NCBI RefSeq assembly: GCF_009914755.1
Contig: NC_060935.1
Source of the DNA: the human T2T-CHM13v2.0 reference genome, Homo sapiens
Direction: 5' to 3' (one strand)
DNA length: 64,000 bases
Shown: positions 53,670-64,000 of the stretch, in pieces
Layout of the letters: each line of letters begins with the position of its first letter
Position numbering within the stretch: position 1 is the first letter of the stretch
Program-made: the position numbers and the translations under genes
The notes under the pieces: generated by a model
The model's database searches: none
Seen by the model: only the letters and a program-made list of their open reading frames with translations
Told to the model about the DNA's origin: nothing

Positions 53670-54210
53670 TTGACTATTTTCATATTTTCCATATTCTAAA
53701 TGCTCTGGCATTTGGGGCATTGATCCTGGAGAGACTGCTAGGGATAGCAAATGACTCCCCTGAGAACACACCTTTGATATACAAACCAACCAATCTAGGG
53801 CCCACACTTCCAACCATCTCCTTTATCAAACTCTCACATACTAAGACAATATTCTCCCTGTTTGAAATCATCCCAGGGCCAGGTACTGAACAACTCGGGA
53901 CCACCCCTATGGCCCAGAGACCCTCAGAATTATTCAAACCATCCAATCCTAAGTGTACTCGGCGTGTCGACGCTGCCTTGCCCATTCCTTCCCACAGAAA
54001 CCCCAGGAGAGGCTCTGGTCATTCTCTTCCCTCTCCCTCTTCTGCCCCCTGACTGTCCCTGACCCTTCCCCATGTGGCCCTGCAAGGCGTGTTGTGTCTC
54101 CTCCTTTTAGGAATCTGCAGGTATAGATTTCCTTCTTCACAACAATCATTTCCACGTCTGCAGTCTTACCACACTGCATTAAAACAAATCCCGGTACATT
54201 TTTAAAACAT
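53670..54210 (+). mobile_element. MER74-like ERVL LTR
   Basis: caaaccaaccaatc...cagggccaggtac...aattattcaaac...ccaatcctaa...cttcccacagaaacc. Confidence 0.72.
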
Positions 54211-54632
54211 ACACACTCACCCATACTTCAGGTCTTTCCTAGTCCTCACTTCTACCTCATCTGCTGCCATCATCATGAGGAACTTTAAATCCTGTGAGAG
54301 AATGAATAGATGAATGAATGAATGTCTGACTTGGCTCTGACATGCACCAAACAAGCCGCTTCACCTGTCCTGTCTGAGACTGTTTTCTCATCTGTGGAAC
54401 TGGAACAACACCACCCATGCTACAAAATGGAGACAAGGAATAGGTGAACAAATAGACAAATCACCCAGAACCTGGAGCTAGGCATAGGCGGGGTTGAGTA
54501 TTTGTTCCCTTTCTTCGTTTCCCCTTCATTACTCAAGGACATTGGGTGGTGGGTGAGTCACTGGCAAGAATCTGAGAATTTTTATTGGCCTCAGTTTCCA
54601 ACTGTCAGTCACTATATCCCCAAACCCCCACC

Positions 54633-56577
<1,945 letters not shown>

Positions 56578-57333
56578 TAGACTATCGGGAAGAAAAGAGG
56601 TAGTGAAAACAGACATTGGTGAAAAGAGATACTGATTTGGGGGGCTCAGAAGTCCAACCCAGATCCTCAGAAATTGTTACAGGTTTCCATAGCCTCCCCT
56701 GCCCTCATCTGAAGGGTGTAGCAAGGAAGTCCTGCACATATCCTCAGGCTTGTGACTTCCTAGATGGACTCCAGGTCACCTGGGCCTAGGCCAGGAGGGC
56801 CCACCGCTGGTGGGAAGCGTTTCTCCACTGATCTCAGAAGATCAGGAAGGATGAAAATACAAACTCCCCAGCGCTCCCTTTCTTTGGAGCAGGATCATTT
56901 GTCAGCCAGAGTATAAAAGTTACAATGCAGGTCTCTGCTTTGATTGGGTGGGCCCACCACCCTCACAGGGACTTGGGGAGAGGAGGGTTGCCCCCCTGTC
57001 CTTCTTTGTGCTGTATGGTCCAGGTTCAGGTCCTTGATTGCTTAAGTATTTAACCTTTGCCCCATTTCTGGTTGGGGAGCCAGCCCTGAATACATGACTG
57101 GGTGTTACAGCTGTTGATATGCCAGTGGCTGCAGCCATTGCTGAGAATGGCTTTGAATCCAACAGCCGCCCATCAATCAGCCAGTGGTACCATGTGCACA
57201 GTGTCACTCAGGTGGTTGTAAGGAATAGAGAAGAAAAGGAAGCATGGATATCACCCCTTCCTTCATCAGTTTCTAGTCTCAATGAGGAGATAGATTTAGT
57301 AGACCGAAGAGCAATATGTTGCATATGTAAAGG

Positions 57334-57408
57334 CATGGTACATGCTCTCCATGCAAATCATAGTACATACTCTTCACGCAAATCATGGTACATGGTCTCC
57401 ACGCAGTT
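57334..57408. repeat. 25-bp degenerate tandem repeat, 3 copies
   Basis: catggtacatgctctccatgcaaat / catagtacatactcttcacgcaaat / catggtacatggtctccacgcagtt. Confidence 0.9.
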
Positions 57409-57763
57409 GTATCTGGAGTAGAGGAGGCATGTGAAGGAATTACAGAACAAAGATTCAGGCAGGGGCTGAGGAGGAGAGGGCCTTGAGGAGGAAAAGGACA
57501 TTCCAGGGCTGAGCATGGTCTGGGGGAAGGGGCAACCATGCTCACTGAGAGTTTGCCACGAGTCAGGCATGGCACAAGTGCATTCACACTCTTCTGCCAA
57601 CCTCGTAAAGGCCTTAAGAGATGAGGCTTCATTATTCTCATCCCTGCTTTCCAATGAGGAAGTAAAAGCACAGAGAAAACTACTTAAGGTCATGTGGCTA
57701 AGATGTAGCTGCAGGCAACTGGCTCCAGAATCCACACTCACAACCCTTCATATAATTACAGAT

Positions 57764-57939
57764 CAGGGATCTCCATCTTGGCTGCATATTTAAATCACCA
57801 AAGATGCTTTTACAGAAAACCAAGGCCGGGTCCCAATTCTAGAGATTGATTTAGTTGGCGTAAGGTGAAGAGGAGGCATGGGTATTTTAATAAAGCACTC
57901 TGAATATTTCAAATGTGAAGCCAGGGTTGAGTATTACTG
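57764..57939. mobile_element. MER5 (hAT-Charlie) MITE
   Basis: cag...cttggctgcatatttaaatcacc...gattgatttagttgg...agccagggttgagtattactg. Confidence 0.75.
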
Positions 57940-58384
57940 CTTGTGACATTATGTGAGCATTGGTTGTGAAGGTGAGTAGTGGGAGGCAAGTCAGGTAGGC
58001 TAGGTATGGGCAGGTGATAGAGACACATGAATGTCAGCAGAAAGAAGAGGAGGAGAAAAGGGAACTTATCCACATTAGGCATGCTTGCTGAGTGGCTGCT
58101 ATAGGCCTGTCACCAGCCCTGGGTTATTCCATTTAATCACCCCAAGGTAAGTATTATTCTAATTTTACAAAGGAGGAGACTTAGTAGGAGATTACATAGC
58201 TTGTCCTTGTCTGATGGTAAGTAGCAAAACTAGGACTTAGATCCATGTCTGTTTAATAGTACCATAGGTACTATGTAACCTACTTGTATATAACCTATTA
58301 CATTGGTTATAGAACCATAAGCTGTGTACCATATCACACATGATAATGAGTAATGAGAAACATTATAGGTTTTATTGCATTTGG

Positions 58385-58733
58385 TAGGTATTAAGATAGT
58401 CTATGTTATGCTGCAGTAATCAGCAACCCCTAATTATCAGGGCCTTAAATAATGAAGGTTAATTTTATATTTTATATCCACTGTGGGTTACCAGGGGTGT
58501 CTGCTCACCCTGGTAACTCAGGATCCAGGCTAATCTGAAATATTGGTGGTCACTGTGCCAGACAGAAAGAGCTCTGGGGGGTCTCACATCAGCAATGAAA
58601 TGTTCAAGCCCAGAACTGATGTCTATCGTGTCTTCTTACAACTCACTGAACAAAACTAGTCACATATGTGCCTATCATAGGTCTCTAAAGGGATAACCAG
58701 AAATATTCAGAAATGGTCTTAGTGACTGTCACG
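58385..58733 (-). mobile_element. MLT1I/J-like LTR
   Basis: taagatagtctatgttatgctgcagtaatcagcaacccc...actcaggatccaggct...aactagtcacat. Confidence 0.7.
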
Positions 58734-59269
58734 GGTAGCCCAAAGACAGTGGTGTTTTAGAAAGTTGGCCTGGAAGTGGTTCACAACAGGGATAAGATGG
58801 GGAGATTGGACGCAGCAGACTGGTTATGTGGATTGATCACTGATATTTCAGGGCAAAGGGATCTTGCACTTGGTATCAATAGTGAGAGTGGAGCGAAAGG
58901 GATTTCTCTACCAGAGCTGACATAGGATTTGCTGATGTTGGATTTAGAGTGGCCCAAGAATCAAATATGACTCAGGCAGGACCAACTAGGGCAAAATAAT
59001 GAAGAGGCCACATTTCAGGCCTTACTGTTTCTAACCCTCTTGTTTTAGATCCTCCTCACCTGTAATGCTTTCCTCTCAAGCATAACTCTAGAAAGTATCT
59101 GCGCTTTATAATGTGATGGCAGACTCTCTCATCTTCAAAATTTATTAGCTGAGAACTATTATTAAGACTTAAAGAGCGATTCTAAGGATGTTTGCCTTTT
59201 AATAACGTTGAAGTCTTTGAAAACTAAGTTAATAAATCTCCAGTAATAGACCTTGAGGCCACAAGTGAA

Positions 59270-59470
59270 GAAACAGTTATTTAATGAGAACTAACTATAG
59301 CCAGTCCCCATCTGATGGACTGGGGCTGCGGCAATGAACAACTGACAAAGTCATTGCCCTCACAGAGCGAATATTCTATAGTAGAGAAGATAACAAACAA
59401 ATAAGTGACAGCAAAAATGGTTAAATGCCATGGAGAAAAATAAAGCAAGATAAGGGAATGAGGAGGTGCT
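59270..59470 (-). mobile_element. L2 3' fragment
   Basis: tatttaatgagaactaactat...gacaaagtcattgccctcacagagc...aaatgccatggagaaaaataaagca. Confidence 0.7.
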
Positions 59471-59475
59471 GGTGC

Positions 59476-59542
59476 ACGTGTGTGTGTGTGTGTGTGTGTG
59501 TGAGAATGGGTGTGGGTGGGTGTGGGTGTGTGTAGGTGTGGG
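59476..59542. repeat. (TG)n microsatellite
   Basis: About 12 pure TG units followed by degenerate gtgg/gtgt. Confidence 0.92.
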
Positions 59543-61509
59543 TCATCTTCCAATGATACTGCCATTGCCAACAACATGAAATTCCTTTTAGAGAATGCCT
59601 TTCAAAGCTCAGTCTTTCATGGATGAAGATGTAGAAATTTCCTGTTTTGTCTCTGGCGTTTCTGGAAGCAAATCACATAAATTACCTGATTGATCCAGGC
59701 TGAGAATTCCAAACCAGCCAGTGGAGCAGCTTGGGATACCCTAGGAGGGTGCCTGCTGGGCACTTGGCCAGGGGACATCCCAGGCGACAGTGCAGCTTTC
59801 TGCTCAGCCCCACATCCTTTTCCTGTCTCCTCCCTGCCCTGACCCCCACTGGTGAAGAGACAGCAGGCTACCCAGTCTGATGGGACAACTGTCTAAACAG
59901 GTGCCTCACTCTGTCTCTCAGCAGCCTTGTCAGGCTGTCAGAGTGATTCACTCCCAGGGATAAAAGATAACAGCGGACTCGCCAGCATTCCAAATGGCCT
60001 AACATTTGCAGAAGCCCTGGCCTTGGGACCTGCCCACTGGTTGCCACTTCAACCTCAAATGAAAGCCAAATAAATAAGCCAAAGCACACATTTATTGGTC
60101 TCCCAGAGAAGGCCATTTCCCCATGGAGGAAATGCTCTTAGCACAGGCATTCGAATCCCTATATTTTATTTTTAAAAAACAGCATCGCCACCCCAGCTAG
60201 GTCATGCATCTTCCCTTAGAGCTGAACAAAGGTAGTGAGCGGCTTCCCTTCTCTGCCTGTGCTTATCATTCTCCTGGGCTGGTGGCAAGGTCCACTGCTC
60301 AAACAGTTAATATTTTTTCTGACACAGCAGTGACTGTGTTTGGAATTTCAGATGGAAGGGATGTCGGGTTCTACATTTCAGAGGGAAACTTGGGAGATCA
60401 GCCAGGTCATTCATCTGCCAGATTCTGTGCTTGCAATAACGGAGTAGCGGGGAGGGGAGGCGGTAGAGGGAAAGAGAAACTTTCCAAGACAAAATCCAAC
60501 AGGAAGAAAGCTAAATGCATTATGGCCTATTGGCAAGAACAATAAACGAGGCTTAGGTGACCTGTGTTCTCCCCAGCTCTACTACTCACCGCGAACGAGT
60601 GAGTGACTTGAGGCAAGTCTGTGTTGTTCCTGTTTCTCCATTTCCTTATCTATTTAAACATGGTTTTATGTATAGGTTAGATGTGGGGGTCAAATGTTAT
60701 AATAGATGTCAAATTTCTTCCACCAGATTAGGGGGGAAAGTGCTTTTCCGGTGTAAGGCATCATTATCAATACTTTTGTGGAATCTTACCATTCAAGAAT
60801 TAGAGGCTCGATCGCCAAGGTTTAATTCCAAGGAAAATCTTTGGATTAGATGAGTAAATTCTTGGCAGAAAGAGATTATGATTTACATAGAATCATAGAA
60901 TAATAGGAACCAAGAGATCTTAGAGGTCATTCTGTCCCATCTCCCATCCAAAGGCAAAATCCCTTCTATAAAACCCTCTGTGTTCCCACAGCAGCTTGTA
61001 ACATTATACACAAAATCATTTGCTTTTGTGAGTGCTTTAGATCCACAGGCTATGTCTTTGCTTTTCCTTTTTAATACAAAGTTCCCTAGAACAAGAGGAG
61101 AGCACATAGTAGGTACTCAATAAATATTATGTTGAAGAAATGATGGTCTGAACATTCCTGGCAGATGCTGCTTCAAACCCTGCATTAAAAGTCCCAGCAA
61201 TGGGGCACTCCCTGCTTGATGAAACAGCTTATTTCATTCTTGGTAGCTATGGTTATCAAAATATTCTTCCATACCAGAGCTGGAATAGAACTCCCCAAAT
61301 TCTACCCTCCTTTGGTGCTGCCTTCTGGGTCTCTATGGAAGACTTTGCCTCCTTAGCCCCACAACATTTCTTGCTTCCTAAAGCACTCTTCATTTAGGTC
61401 TTTTCTCTGAATGAACTATAATTTGTTAATGCCTATCTTAACTCATGATGCCCAGAATAGTCCAAATATGATCTTGCTGGCACATGACTCAGAGGAACAA
61501 TGAGTACTA

Positions 61510-61720
61510 GTTTATTATTACTATGTCATTGACCTTGAAGGGCACTTTGCATCTGTTGGAGCTCATTCCATTTCTTTAAACCCACAAAACAACCCTGTGA
61601 GATGAAGATCATTATCCCTGTTTTATTTATGAAGAAACTGAGGCTCAGTGAATTAATTCAACTTGCCTATGGACTCACTGACAGAAAGGGGCAGAGCTAG
61701 GGCTTGTTCTTAGCTCTATC
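61510..61720 (-). mobile_element. MIR SINE
   Basis: aacaaccctgtgagatg...gaagaaactgaggctcagtga...acttgcc. Confidence 0.8.
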
Positions 61721-62229
61721 AGGCAGTCTTCCATCCCATTCCTCTATTCATCAGTTACTTAGTAAATATCTACTGTGTGCCAGGCTCTGTACTTGGCTCT
61801 GGGGATGAAATGACCTTAATGTTGGTTCCCTCTAAAATACCAAGCTGCCCTCTGTGGCCCAAGAATATAATTCTTGTCTAGGGGAAAGCTGTGTTAACAT
61901 AGCACTTTGCAAACATCATCATTCTAGCAATATCACATTATAATTGTGTGTGTATGTGTGTGTGCGCCATTTCCCCCCATTATGCTGGGCTTTGGTGTTC
62001 GTCTTGGTTCCCTCACCACCTTAGCATTAGAAAAGGTGTTCAGTATGGTGCCTGGCACATGGTAGGTGCTAAATAAATATTTGTTGAATGCATGAGATGC
62101 TTATTTGCTAAATCAAAAGTTATGTCTTCTGTGCCTAAAGGTAGAATTTCAGAAAGGAAAATCAGACACAAATGAGAGAAGAAGAGGATCCCTTTCCAGC
62201 TGGCGAGAAAATCAAATCATCCCTGGCCA

Positions 62230-62920
62230 TTGCTTGGGTGACCAACGTGCCTGAAACCACATTGTGTCCACTGGGACTATGACTTTCTCTGACCTGGGAC
62301 ATAATTCCATGAATGCGGCCTCTGAGGTTTTCTCAGCTCTCTGGGCAATTGTAGCACCCTTCTGAATCATACTGAGCTTGTGGCCCCTCTGAAATCCCCA
62401 GATGTTTTCTACTTAAACTGTTGTCAAGGCAGAGGACTTTCATAATGTGCACTGCCTCAGGGCCTAAATTTGTGATTTCGTGACTGTCTTTGTTAAATTT
62501 AACCTACAACGTCTAGCCTATTACTCTGAGTGTGGATTTTGCACTTGCTGCTTTAGTTGACTCTCCTGGTATTGTGTCACCCACAAACGTGATTAGAGTG
62601 CTTTCTGATTCTTTTTCCATTCTAGTAATTGATAAAACCTCTGGACAGGGGAGGGCCAAGGACAGAGTCCTGAGGCACATTGCCAGAGCTAGGTCTTCAG
62701 GGTAATCTTCAATCAACATTTTCTAAATAGCACTCTAAATAACTAAGACTTGACCTAACCCTATTATTATATTGGTGATATTTTTAGCTTGACTACAAGA
62801 GTATTGTAGGAGTCATTGCCAAATTTCTTACTGAAATCTACAGACTTCCCAAAAGACAATAAATTAATTTGGTTTGGAGATTTTGAATGAAATAAGCCAT
62901 GGAGAATGGGATCACCACTT
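62230..62920 (-). mobile_element. CR1/L3 LINE reverse-transcriptase relic
   Basis: Minus strand translates as DFSKKF...NTLVVK and VPQDSVLGP...FIN...ESTLITFVGDT, compared with CR1 DFSKAFD / GVPQGSVLGP / ESTLIKFADDT. Confidence 0.75.
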
Positions 62921-63194
62921 TATAAGGAAATCATCTCCTTAATGATCCAGTCTGGACTTCTGTTGAAATTCAACACTGAGCTTTTGTTTCTGGAGTTTCT
63001 GTTTACCCTTTTTGTGGGAGTCCAGAATAACAGTCTCCTGTTTTAGTCACTGGCCTGTGTAACAACCCAGTAAAACTATAGACCTTACATACAAAAATAT
63101 GCTTATATTTTCAAGAACCTCAGGCAAAAAACTCTTGGTTAAGTCTATCAAAGAGAATTATCTTCAAATTGGAAAGGATAAAACAAGCCACAGA

Positions 63195-63634
63195 TTGGAT
63201 TATTGCACAGAAATATTCACTCTCCTCCATCACCCCTTGGGTGATAGTGTATTCCCCTACTCCATAGACATCAGGCTTGGCTGTGTGCCCTGCCTTGGCC
63301 TCATGGCAGGTGGAGTAGACATTCCTGTCCTTTAATATGGGCTCCAATATGTGACTGCTTTGGCCAATGGATGATTAGTAGATAGGATAAAGCAGAGGCT
63401 CATATGATTGGGCTTGGCCTTTCCTCTTCTGCTGTGGTCATGAGAAAAACGTTCTTGGAGTAGCTGATGGGTCCGTAGAGGATGAGAAACACACAGAACA
63501 TTGTCTCCAGCTGACCCGCAGACCTGTGGCCAATTTCAGCCTAGACCACCTGACCCCAGCTGAGCCCAGATATGTGAGAAAGAAATCTCACGTGCTGTGG
63601 GTGTTTTGTTATGCAGCATTATTGTAGTAATACA
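63195..63634 (+). mobile_element. MLT1G/H-like LTR
   Basis: tgtgactgctttggccaatgg...gttttgttatgcagcattattgtagtaataca. Confidence 0.7.
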
Positions 63635-64000
63635 GGGCACACCATTTGTATCCATTAGACTGTCTGCCACAGTGCTGAGTGCTTAGCAGGTGCTGAATAA
63701 AAATCTTTTGCACTGAACCAAATTGAAAATGTGCCTGTTGTCTCTACGGCAGCTTCAGAGCAAGGCTTTTGCTGAAGGCCCCGACTTGTAACATAATCTT
63801 TCGAGCACAGGTCCACAGCTCTGAATCTCAGTTCTTCTGATGTGGTTAAATATTTACATACACCCATGCCCACACGCATCTATTAACCATCCATCAGGAC
63901 ATAGCCTACAGCTTCCTTTGCCTGGGAGGGCTGAGCTATTTTGAAACCAAACCGATTAAGAACAGCAAGGCCCTGAGGCTGAAAAAAGACCCAGCAACCA

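Noticed and set aside
57334-57408. Short repeats (here and at 4948-5071) as a CRISPR-like array
   Set aside because: The units are contiguous with no spacers, there are no cas genes, and the DNA is primate.
60430-60610. CpG island or promoter
   Set aside because: Only scattered CpGs; far too short and sparse for an island, and no transcript structure is evident.

Overview
Primate (almost certainly human) non-coding genomic DNA, intergenic or intronic. The locus could not be identified from sequence alone. It has moderate GC, no CpG island, no credible protein-coding exon and no RNA gene. Roughly half is recognisable transposon relic: about 13 Alus; L1PA, L1PB and L1M fragments; L2; MIR; CR1/L3; many solo MaLR/ERVL/ERV1 LTRs; and Tigger and hAT DNA elements. 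The supplied ORFs are either repeat-derived (Alu, L1 ORF2 C-terminus, CR1 RT, Tigger HTH, microsatellites) or look like chance ORFs. I found no evidence of a new gene system. The best-supported unusual signals are mechanistic retrotransposition footprints: (1) a single AluSp with an internal inversion showing twin-priming geometry and a TSD (41433-41736); (2) a young L1PA insertion inside an Alu, carrying a 64-bp 3' transduction with its own AATAAA (54970-56177); (3) a mosaic AluYa5/AluY element (40525-40846); (4) an L1PB with a short 5' inversion (10741-12064). Several repeat-free islands are dense in homeodomain, POU, TALE and SOX motifs and are candidate developmental enhancers (inference only). 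Repeat family names come from recalled consensus sequences, were assigned by eye, and should be confirmed with RepeatMasker/Dfam.
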